Positions 25,061 to 33,699 of a DNA stretch of 40,885 nucleotides are shown here, one piece after another. The notes beneath the pieces were generated by a model, which made no database searches, was not told the DNA's origin, and was given only the letters and a program-made list of their open reading frames with translations. Origin of the DNA: Thermoplasmatota archaeon (lineage in GTDB: Archaea > Thermoplasmatota > Penumbrarchaeia > Penumbrarchaeales > Penumbrarchaeaceae). The position numbers and the translations under genes are program-made. The DNA is taken from assembly GCA_965234725.1 (NCBI GenBank), contig CBDDUX010000028.1, positions 1 to 40,885 of the forward strand, written 5' to 3'. The stretch's first letter is position 1, and each line of letters begins with the position of its first letter.

Positions 25061-27067
25061 GTGTCGTATATGACCAGTCAGGATGAAACCATCAAAAAAG
25101 AGCATGGACTTCCCCCCTATCCAAAAATGATGAGAGACATTGACAGAGCTCCCAGCAGGGGTTATTCTCTCACAAAGAAAGAGACCGGACTTGCCCTCAG
25201 GAATGCGTTAAGGTATATCCCGGAAGGATTTCACAAGGAGATGTCCAAGGAATTCCTCAAAGAGCTCAAGACCAGAGGAAGGATATACGGTTACAGGTTC
25301 AGACCGGAAGGGGAGATCAAGGCACGATCTATCCATGAATACAAAGGAAATACTCTGGAAGGAAAAGCGGTCCAATTGATGATCGACAACAACCTTGCAT
25401 ATGACATCGCCCTTTTTCCTTACGAATTGGTCACATATGGTTCAACAGGGCAGGTCTGCCAGAACTGGATGCAGTTCAATCTTATCAAGGAATATCTTAT
25501 GGAGATGGAAGAGGACCAGACCCTGGTAGTGATGTCAGGACATCCTCTTGGTCTTTTTCCATCTAGACCGGCCGCGCCCAGGGTCATCATGACGAACGGT
25601 CTTCTAATCGGAGAATATGACAATCAGAAGGATTTTGACAGGGCTGCAGCTCTCGGGGTTACCAATTACGGACAGATGACAGCCGGTGGCTGGATGTATA
25701 TCGGACCCCAGGGGATTGTTCACGGGACCTTCATTACCATCCTTAACGCAGGGAGAAGATACCTTGGTCTTTCTCCCAAAGAGGACCTTGCAGGAAAATT
25801 GTTCATCACATCCGGTCTGGGTGGCATGTCAGGTGCTCAACCCAAAGCTGTGGAGATCGCAGGTGGGATCGGCATTATCGCCGAGGTCAACGATAAGCAG
25901 ACATTTAAGAGACATGAACAGGGCTGGGTAAGTAAGGTCTCTGACGATCTGGATGAGATATTCCGATGGGTTGATGAACAAAGGAAGAAAAAAGAGCCTT
26001 TATCCATCGGATATAGGGGGAATATCGTTGACCTCTGGCATTATGTCCTTGACAATGGGATCAAAGTGGAACTGGGTTCCGATCAAACATCATGTCATGC
26101 ACCCTACAATGGCGGTTACACTCCCCAGGGACTCAGTTACGAGGAAGCCATGGAGATGATGGAGAAGGATCCGGACCGGTTCAGGAAGAATGTGGACAGG
26201 TCCCTTATCAAACAGTATGAGCTCATCACTGCTCTTACAAAGAAGGGTATGCATTTCTGGGACTACGGAAACTCGTTCATGAAAGCCGTTTATGATGCAG
26301 GAGCAAAGGACATTGCCGTCAACCCGGACACCCCTGCAGATGGATTTGTATTCCCATCATATATCGAAGACCTAATGGGCCCCCTGGTATTCGATTATGG
26401 ATACGGACCTTTCCGTTGGGTCTGTCTTTCAGGTGACCCAAATGATCTTAAGAGGACAGATGAAGCGGCAAGGGATTGTATAGATCCAGAGAGGTCCCCC
26501 CAGGATTTCGACAATCATAGATGGATATCAGAGGCTGGAAATAACGATCTGGTTGTTGGATCCCAGGCGAGGATCCTATACCAGGATGCACATGGAAGGG
26601 TCAAGATGGCACTCAAGTTCAATGATATGGTTCGAAAAGGTGAAGTTGGGCCAATAATGATGGGAAGGGACCATCACGATCCTGGCGGAACCGATTCTCC
26701 TTATAGGGAGACCTCCAATATCAAGGATGGTTCCAATGTCACATCTGATATGGCAACCCATTGTTTTGCAGGGAACATTGCCAGAGGTATGACAATGGTT
26801 GTCCTTTCCAATGGAGGAGGGGTGGGTATTGGAAAGGTCAGGAATTCCGGATACGGGCTTGTGCTTGACGGGTCCTCAAGAGTCGATGATGTTATCAGGT
26901 CCTCACTTGAATGGGATGTTATGGTAGGGGTATCAAGAAGGTCCTGGGCAAGGAATGAGAACTCCATGAAGGTTGTCAGTGAATGGAACGAGAAAAATCG
27001 TAACAGAGGTAAGATCACGGAGCCTTCCCTTGTTAATGATGACCTTATTGACGATATCCTTGGATAA
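25061..27067 (+). CDS. hutU: Urocanate hydratase (long form)
   Basis: LMIDNNL, ELVTYG, YGQMTAGGWMYIGPQGIVHGT, GLGGMSGAQ, SDQTSCH, GPFRW and GRDHHD. Confidence 0.97.
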   Translation: MSYMTSQDETIKKEHGLPPYPKMMRDIDRAPSRGYSLTKKETGLALRNALRYIPEGFHKEMSKEFLKELKTRGRIYGYRFRPEGEIKARSIHEYKGNTLEGKAVQLMIDNNLAYDIALFPYELVTYGSTGQVCQNWMQFNLIKEYLMEMEEDQTLVVMSGHPLGLFPSRPAAPRVIMTNGLLIGEYDNQKDFDRAAALGVTNYGQMTAGGWMYIGPQGIVHGTFITILNAGRRYLGLSPKEDLAGKLFITSGLGGMSGAQPKAVEIAGGIGIIAEVNDKQTFKRHEQGWVSKVSDDLDEIFRWVDEQRKKKEPLSIGYRGNIVDLWHYVLDNGIKVELGSDQTSCHAPYNGGYTPQGLSYEEAMEMMEKDPDRFRKNVDRSLIKQYELITALTKKGMHFWDYGNSFMKAVYDAGAKDIAVNPDTPADGFVFPSYIEDLMGPLVFDYGYGPFRWVCLSGDPNDLKRTDEAARDCIDPERSPQDFDNHRWISEAGNNDLVVGSQARILYQDAHGRVKMALKFNDMVRKGEVGPIMMGRDHHDPGGTDSPYRETSNIKDGSNVTSDMATHCFAGNIARGMTMVVLSNGGGVGIGKVRNSGYGLVLDGSSRVDDVIRSSLEWDVMVGVSRRSWARNENSMKVVSEWNEKNRNRGKITEPSLVNDDLIDDILG

Positions 27068-27071
27068 GAGA

Positions 27072-28508
27072 CTATGATTCCCTCATCAGGGTATAATATG
27101 ACCAGATATCACCGCTTTTCCCAAGGTTTGATAGAACAATCCTTTTCCGCTCCAGAGTTTTGGTATATTCCCTGAAAAGTTCGTTGAAAACGAACTTGTA
27201 TTGGTCTAAGAGGGGATCATTGATAAGCCTGGCCAGGAACTGCTTTCTTGATGTGAGGAAGATATCCAGATTCTTACTTGATTCCTCTGATCTTCCAGGT
27301 ATGGAAGCCTGTAGCATAGACAGATGATAGTAGGTCTTCAGATGATCAGGACCTTTTGTCAGAGCGGATCTGTATTCCTTTATTGCATCGATGAACCTTC
27401 CTCTGGATGCAAGCAGTCTGGCCTTTTCAGAATGTGCGGTAACGTATTCATCAGGCTCTTTAACTATGGAGGACCAACCATCCTTTCCATGGACCTTGAA
27501 TATAAGATTCCCATTTTCAGGAATGTCTCCCAGACCATGGAATGGATTGGAAGAGATGGCTATATCCAGGGAATGTAACAGGTAATTTGTATCTCCTGAC
27601 GTCTCATACTCAGAGGCCAATTTGTTGTTATACTGTCCGTTCCTGAACGAATAGAGAAGATCTGCATCCATCTTTCTTTTCAGGATCCCATGGGAGATCG
27701 CGATCATTAATAGGATCAGCGTTACCATCCAACATATCTCGGAGGCGGTTCCTGTCCCGACATTGATCTGAACGGCTGCTGAAATTGCAGCCATTAATAG
27801 GACGAAAAATATTGAAGGAAATACCAGAGATGATCTGATCTGCATACTTACATTCCTGCTAACCCGGTATATTGCGACGGGAAATAGAAGTGCACCTAAA
27901 AAAGTAATGAAAGAAGAAGGTACGAAACTTATCCCCATTAATTCTCCAATACCGCGCAACGAGAGGAGGAAACCGGAAAAGAACAATGCAAAGGATATCA
28001 ACAACAGGATCAGGTCCGATGGATCCACTTTTCTAAGGGATCCTTTGGTAATGGTTATCAAGCCCACTCCAAGAACAAGTGAGAAAAATAGAAACAGGAT
28101 CGATACTGAAGATGGCCCGAAGATGATGATGGCCATTGGTCCGGATATCGTCAGGACAGGTGCTATGGTCCTTAGAAGAGATAAATAAAGGTCCTTTGAA
28201 AGGAACGATCTCCATATGAATGGAATGAACAATGTGTTGAACAATCCTGATATGGAAAGAAGAAGCATGCTCCAGGTTCTCAAAGAAAGATCAACACCTG
28301 AAACATGAAAGGGTCCTTCAACCTCCATTTGAGATATCAGGAAGCAGATCATAACTGAAAGGAAGGTCATTATAAAGGGGAGATCACCTGATATAATGTA
28401 AGACAATCCGCCGCTTTTTCCACATTCACTGCAGAGTAGTTCCTCAGTATTTACGGGGACCTTACATCTCAAACAGGTCTCAGCCCCCATTTTGGATGTA
28501 TCGATCAA
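27072..28508 (-). CDS. Multi-pass membrane protein with N-terminal Zn ribbon and C-terminal TPR
   Basis: CLRC...CSEC, about 8 TM helices, and AHSEKARLLASRGRFIDAIKEYRSAL..PDHLKTYYHLS TPR-like segment. TTG start overlaps the upstream TGA. Confidence 0.75.
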   Translation of the reverse strand: MIDTSKMGAETCLRCKVPVNTEELLCSECGKSGGLSYIISGDLPFIMTFLSVMICFLISQMEVEGPFHVSGVDLSLRTWSMLLLSISGLFNTLFIPFIWRSFLSKDLYLSLLRTIAPVLTISGPMAIIIFGPSSVSILFLFFSLVLGVGLITITKGSLRKVDPSDLILLLISFALFFSGFLLSLRGIGELMGISFVPSSFITFLGALLFPVAIYRVSRNVSMQIRSSLVFPSIFFVLLMAAISAAVQINVGTGTASEICWMVTLILLMIAISHGILKRKMDADLLYSFRNGQYNNKLASEYETSGDTNYLLHSLDIAISSNPFHGLGDIPENGNLIFKVHGKDGWSSIVKEPDEYVTAHSEKARLLASRGRFIDAIKEYRSALTKGPDHLKTYYHLSMLQASIPGRSEESSKNLDIFLTSRKQFLARLINDPLLDQYKFVFNELFREYTKTLERKRIVLSNLGKSGDIWSYYTLMRES

Positions 28509-29905
28509 TGGACCACCCCTGAACTGTTACCCCATGACATTCTGACACCCCTTTGTGTCAGGAACCTTATGAATAGATACGCTGTCAGAATACCGTTGAT
28601 AAGATCGTAGATCACCTTGAGTGGAAGGAATGGTAGCATCTTCTTTCCCTCTTCATACTGGATAAGAACAATAACCCTTGCACAGAGGTACACTATGAAT
28701 ACAAGGGCTGAACGAATGGAAATGAACTCAATGAACCTGTAATAGTCACTTCCGGAGGCAAGAAGACCGACTGTGAAGAGAATGGAAAATAGCAACAATA
28801 TGGATGATAAAGTGGTGGTGATCCATGTGAAATAAGTATACAGGCCCCAGGGATTCCTCTTAAGATGCCATTTATTCTCCCTCCAAGCCTGGAATTGCCC
28901 GTAGATCCATCTCTTCCTCTGTTTGTACCACCGTTTCCATGTTACTGGGGCCGTAGTATATGAGATCGCTCTTGTGGTCGATCTTGTTGAGAACCTGGTA
29001 GGGATTACAGACATCGTAAGGTCACAATCCTCCACGATGGTCCTTTCAAGGGGAGGCATTGCCCTTGCAAGATCGGATCTCATTCCGAAAATTGGACCGG
29101 GTGCGATCAGGACGCTTCCATCCTCGCTTTGATTTATTCGTATCAAATGTTGAGTGATTATATATTCCAACTGTTGAAGCTTCGTCAGGATCCCTGTATG
29201 GGTGTTCTTTATGAAGACATAACCTCCGACAATCCCCGCATCAGGATGAACTCTGAAGGTATCCACCACTGAGGATACGGCATTGGCCTGTATTCCACTA
29301 TCTCCATCCGTCATCAATATGATCTCACCGGTGCTCTTAGTTATCCCATATCTTAAAGCCGATGCTTTTCCACCGTTCTGTTTGTGGTATACCTTGATCT
29401 CCCTTCCTTTCTCATTTGTTTTGAAGATACTCCCTATTGACCAGGTCCTGTCCCTGGACCCATCATCGACAACTATTATCTCGATCTCTCCCCTGTAATC
29501 CTGACGGAATGAAGATGTTATTGTGGAAGATACATGGAGCGCTTCATTGTAGCAGGGAATGATGATAGAGACTTTGGGATGATCATTGTCCCGGAAGAGA
29601 TCGGAATGATCACCATTACCATTTGAATTTTTTAATTCCTTGACCCTTCTTCTTTGGTCTACCACGGTCAGTGAGGAACTGATCGTCAGGAAGATCATTG
29701 GGAGAAGGATTGACACAATGAAAAAGAAATAGTAAGCATTGATGAAATTGTACACGATGATCATTGAATCATCATCAGGAGCGGAGCTCCCCCTTGACTT
29801 GATCGTGAGATCTGATAAAACAACTCCCCAGTTAGCCGGGATGATAAGAACGGGGGCCAGGCAGATCATTGCTATGACCAGAGAGATCCATCTTACCCTT
29901 TTCAA
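28505..29905 (-). CDS. Processive GT2 glycosyltransferase (PgaC/IcaA/hyaluronan/chitin synthase-like)
   Basis: VSIIIPCYNE, VDDGSRD, NGGKASAL, TDGDS, QQLEY, VED and QRKRW (D,D,D,QxxRW), with flanking TM helices. Confidence 0.92.
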   Translation of the reverse strand: MKRVRWISLVIAMICLAPVLIIPANWGVVLSDLTIKSRGSSAPDDDSMIIVYNFINAYYFFFIVSILLPMIFLTISSSLTVVDQRRRVKELKNSNGNGDHSDLFRDNDHPKVSIIIPCYNEALHVSSTITSSFRQDYRGEIEIIVVDDGSRDRTWSIGSIFKTNEKGREIKVYHKQNGGKASALRYGITKSTGEIILMTDGDSGIQANAVSSVVDTFRVHPDAGIVGGYVFIKNTHTGILTKLQQLEYIITQHLIRINQSEDGSVLIAPGPIFGMRSDLARAMPPLERTIVEDCDLTMSVIPTRFSTRSTTRAISYTTAPVTWKRWYKQRKRWIYGQFQAWRENKWHLKRNPWGLYTYFTWITTTLSSILLLFSILFTVGLLASGSDYYRFIEFISIRSALVFIVYLCARVIVLIQYEEGKKMLPFLPLKVIYDLINGILTAYLFIRFLTQRGVRMSWGNSSGVVH

Positions 29906-32900
29906 AGGTCTCCCTCCAGATCAAATTCATCCGAACCCTCCCAACCTGGATAGGATTGGAACTCATCAATATCCTCGAGGTCTTCTTCCAATATCTCGAA
30001 TTGATCCTCCTGATCCTCCACTTCAAAATAGTCCATATCATCCAAAACATCATTATCGATCAATATGAATTCATCATCATCGAATGCACTGATTGTCAAT
30101 TCCGGATATAATGGAATGAGATCATTACCACCATGGATCATATTCCTTTCTAATATAACCGGTGATCTCATTGGTAATGATGTCACAATACCTGGACCTC
30201 TCGATATTGATGGATCACTTCCATGGTTCCTCCAATTAGGAGGCCCCCCCAACTCCTCATTTTCCTCTAAATATTCCTGGTCCATACCAGGTAATACCTC
30301 AATTTTCATCTTCTTGAATAGCAGGGAGTAATAGATCAGAATGGACACGATGAAAAGTCCAGTGAAAATAAGCAGGAAGATCTGAATGATATCGGCTCGA
30401 GCAGTGACAAGAGGATCCTTCCCCTTTTCTTCCTGCGGAGAATACACAATAACAGTGGAGTTGATAACAGGAAGAAAAACGTCCTTCATGGAGGTTTTTA
30501 CAATCCAATTCCTGATAGAGCTTTCACCGAACTCTTCAACTATCAGTATTCTTTCCTCTACATCCTTCAGTCCGGTATCGTCCCATACTGTCAATAATAT
30601 GTTGTATACTCCTTTCTCAAGCGTCAGCTTCAGGTCCTTATCCGTGGATACCACATTATCATCCAATCTCCACTGATAGACTGTTATCAAACCGTCAATA
30701 TCCCTTGATCCCTCTGAACTTATTGTAATTATCTCACCTGCAAGGTCGGTGCTGACATCACCGATAACTGCTTCAGGGTCCTTCATCTCAAGGTCAATCG
30801 GATCGGATAGTTCTCCTATGTTCCCTGCCCTGTCTATTGAACGGATCCTGAAACTGGGATCGGTCCCGATCCTCCTGCTATATTTGAATGAATTCGAACC
30901 CGTTTCCATCAGAACATGCCAATTTTCCACATCGGTCCTTATCAATATCTGATAATGATCGAGCCCGTCCTTGACATTATCCTCGACCTCATCCCAATCG
31001 ATAGTATACGTGAGGTTGATGGGATCCAGTAAAACGGTTCTTATTCTCTTTGGCTCGGGTGGAGCGGATAGATCAACAATAATTGGATCAGAGGTCTTCG
31101 ATATGAACGAATTCCCACTTTTTGAGATCGACCTCAGTTTCAAATAATAAGTATAACCGTCTATTATTCTCTTTTTCAAAGTATAACTTTCTTCTCCAAC
31201 CATCTCAGGGTCCATTGTCACGAAAACGGACCCATCTGGAGATCTGTAACTAACTTCGACCTCATACCCGAGGAGGCCTGATACTGGAATATTTTCCAAG
31301 GACCAGTTCCATTCGATCAAATATTCGTTGGTATAGTCCTTCTTTGTAAATGGACCGGTGACAACAGGACCAATAGTATCAATGCCGAATTCAATGGTGG
31401 TCGAAGAACCTGTGAACCCAAGCTCATCAATGGCAAAGACTGTGATTCTATGTAACCCATCTTCAAGTCCCAACAAGGACACGATCGGTTCTTCAATTAC
31501 GATGGGATCTGTTGAATCCAGTGATACCTGGTAGGAGATGATCCTGGTCAATGATCCTGGTCGAGACCAGGATATTTCAACATCATTCGATGTTATCCAG
31601 GTCCCGTTCTCCATATATATCTCAGGACCTTCGATCAATGGTATATGGGAGTAGTATTCAAGACCTTGAACGGTCTGATTTCCAATACCGGTGAAACGGA
31701 TGTAATAGGAGAATTCATTGATGTATCCAGCCAGTTTTATGAAAAGAGAGTTCATACCTTTCTCCAGATGGACATTTGTGATATTCTGGTCTGGTGACAC
31801 CGTCCTGCTCATGGATGATGAAATGCTCATTACCCCGTTTACCCAGACCTTCAGTCCATCCGAGGAACCCACCCTGAGCTCTATCTCTTTTTCATCATCC
31901 GATCTGATGTAAATGTGAGCATAGACAACATTATAGGTCAGTTTTCCAAAGATCAGCCTAAAATCGATAAGGTCCCGATCGACATTATGAAGGTTCCATT
32001 TTCTGCCTTCCATGACATCTCCTGGACTTGGAAGAATGTTTCCCTCGTTTTCTATGAACTTCCTTTCAAGGAGGTCCTGATCTCCACCAGAGGTGAAAGG
32101 TCCTAGATATGCGAAATCTCTAATACAGTAAGGCATCCAGTGAAGACTGATCAGATCGATGGTAATGTTAGACCTTTTCTCGAATACAGGAACTATGAAA
32201 AGATATCTTATCACTCCATCCCAGCGTGGATCTTGATCAAGATGTATGGATTGCACGTTCCATTCACCATTCCCTTCCACCACCTTCTCTATCATCCTGT
32301 TCTCATCCATCTTTGCAGCGATCTGGCCCCAATAGATTTTTAAAGTGCAGTTTGAACCTTCCTCAATCAGTAGACTGATCTCAATGACATTGATATCGGT
32401 CGAGGATATGTTTAACCTTGGAGAGAGGAATTTTGCCTCTGTTGAACCTGAGACGGACCATACTCCTCCGTCAGGATAGTAATGGCCTGAATCCAGAAGG
32501 TTCCATCCTTCCCTGTCATGGTCCATATCGAAGTTCCAGATCGTCCTTTTGACCGGGACCTTTTGTTCCTTTATCGGGCAGACTGCTTTGATGGAGAAGG
32601 GTCCGTCCTTCAAGGCCTGTCCATAGGAGGGATAATCTCTCAGGAATTTGTATGCAAACCCGCAGATCCCCCATGCCCCCATGGATAATGCGGTATTCAC
32701 CTGATCAAGCATCAACTGGATACCTGCGGTCTCGTTGGGGACAGAACCATGTGCAGTGTTCCCTGGAACAAATAAATATGTCCCTGCGACGACAGGACAG
32801 GATATTCCATCCAGATCCGTCTGAAGATTTGAAGAGTAGGAAGGGATAGACGTCGTATAAAGCATGGGAGTAACGTAATCTATGGTGCCAACACCTGACC

Positions 32901-33699
32901 AGACCTCCGGTTCCTGGAATACTCCATTTAACCTGCCCCAGGATGATGAGTAAATATCTGCCCCCACCCATAGCCAGGGTTTTTTCTCCATGATGGATCC
33001 ATAAATCAGATCCACGGTTTCGGTTATCTTTTGTATCCTGAAAACATTGAAATCCGACATCCCAGATGAATTGAACTTCTCCATAGTGTAACTATCATAG
33101 GAGTAGGCAGAGTTCGGATATCTGATGGTGTCCAATTTCAATCCGTCTATTGGATACTTTGTAACCATCTCCATTGTTACGTTCCTGACATAGGACCTTG
33201 CCTCTGGATAGGCCGGATTGATCCATGATCTGGTTTTATACCCACTACTGGATACACATCCCCATTCCGGATGTTCACTATAGAAAAATGGATCCACCAT
33301 TGTGTGCCACCAAGGATGGACCTGTATGCCATATTTATGGGCCTCCTTGATCAACTCCATTAAAGGATCGAAATCCCATCTTACATCCGGATGTTTTGGA
33401 AACATCTTCGAGTCATAGAATACTCCTCTGTAATCGCCATTTATCAAAGGGGACAGACAATTGAAATTGTACTTCCTTGCCAATTCCACCACGGATTGTA
33501 CCTCAGATATATTCACAATTTGATATCCCTCGACCCACATTGAGCGGTATTCATATGTTTCATCATCCGGAACAAGCTGACCTCTGGTCGGATCATTGTT
33601 CTGTTCCTGAACCAGTTCATTACCTGTGACAGATATTGATCCATGTGATGATGAAAGGATAATTAGAACGGATAATAAGAAGAAAATGAAAGACCTCAA
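29902..33699 (-). CDS. Membrane-anchored GHL10-family glycoside hydrolase with FN3/PKD domains
   Basis: RSMWV, FDPLMELIKEAHKYGIQVHPW, WINPAYPEAR, YPIDGLKLDTIRYP and DYVTPMLY, then Ig/FN3/PKD modules, a TM helix and an acidic tail. Confidence 0.85.
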   Translation of the reverse strand: MRSFIFFLLSVLIILSSSHGSISVTGNELVQEQNNDPTRGQLVPDDETYEYRSMWVEGYQIVNISEVQSVVELARKYNFNCLSPLINGDYRGVFYDSKMFPKHPDVRWDFDPLMELIKEAHKYGIQVHPWWHTMVDPFFYSEHPEWGCVSSSGYKTRSWINPAYPEARSYVRNVTMEMVTKYPIDGLKLDTIRYPNSAYSYDSYTMEKFNSSGMSDFNVFRIQKITETVDLIYGSIMEKKPWLWVGADIYSSSWGRLNGVFQEPEVWSGVGTIDYVTPMLYTTSIPSYSSNLQTDLDGISCPVVAGTYLFVPGNTAHGSVPNETAGIQLMLDQVNTALSMGAWGICGFAYKFLRDYPSYGQALKDGPFSIKAVCPIKEQKVPVKRTIWNFDMDHDREGWNLLDSGHYYPDGGVWSVSGSTEAKFLSPRLNISSTDINVIEISLLIEEGSNCTLKIYWGQIAAKMDENRMIEKVVEGNGEWNVQSIHLDQDPRWDGVIRYLFIVPVFEKRSNITIDLISLHWMPYCIRDFAYLGPFTSGGDQDLLERKFIENEGNILPSPGDVMEGRKWNLHNVDRDLIDFRLIFGKLTYNVVYAHIYIRSDDEKEIELRVGSSDGLKVWVNGVMSISSSMSRTVSPDQNITNVHLEKGMNSLFIKLAGYINEFSYYIRFTGIGNQTVQGLEYYSHIPLIEGPEIYMENGTWITSNDVEISWSRPGSLTRIISYQVSLDSTDPIVIEEPIVSLLGLEDGLHRITVFAIDELGFTGSSTTIEFGIDTIGPVVTGPFTKKDYTNEYLIEWNWSLENIPVSGLLGYEVEVSYRSPDGSVFVTMDPEMVGEESYTLKKRIIDGYTYYLKLRSISKSGNSFISKTSDPIIVDLSAPPEPKRIRTVLLDPINLTYTIDWDEVEDNVKDGLDHYQILIRTDVENWHVLMETGSNSFKYSRRIGTDPSFRIRSIDRAGNIGELSDPIDLEMKDPEAVIGDVSTDLAGEIITISSEGSRDIDGLITVYQWRLDDNVVSTDKDLKLTLEKGVYNILLTVWDDTGLKDVEERILIVEEFGESSIRNWIVKTSMKDVFLPVINSTVIVYSPQEEKGKDPLVTARADIIQIFLLIFTGLFIVSILIYYSLLFKKMKIEVLPGMDQEYLEENEELGGPPNWRNHGSDPSISRGPGIVTSLPMRSPVILERNMIHGGNDLIPLYPELTISAFDDDEFILIDNDVLDDMDYFEVEDQEDQFEILEEDLEDIDEFQSYPGWEGSDEFDLEGDL

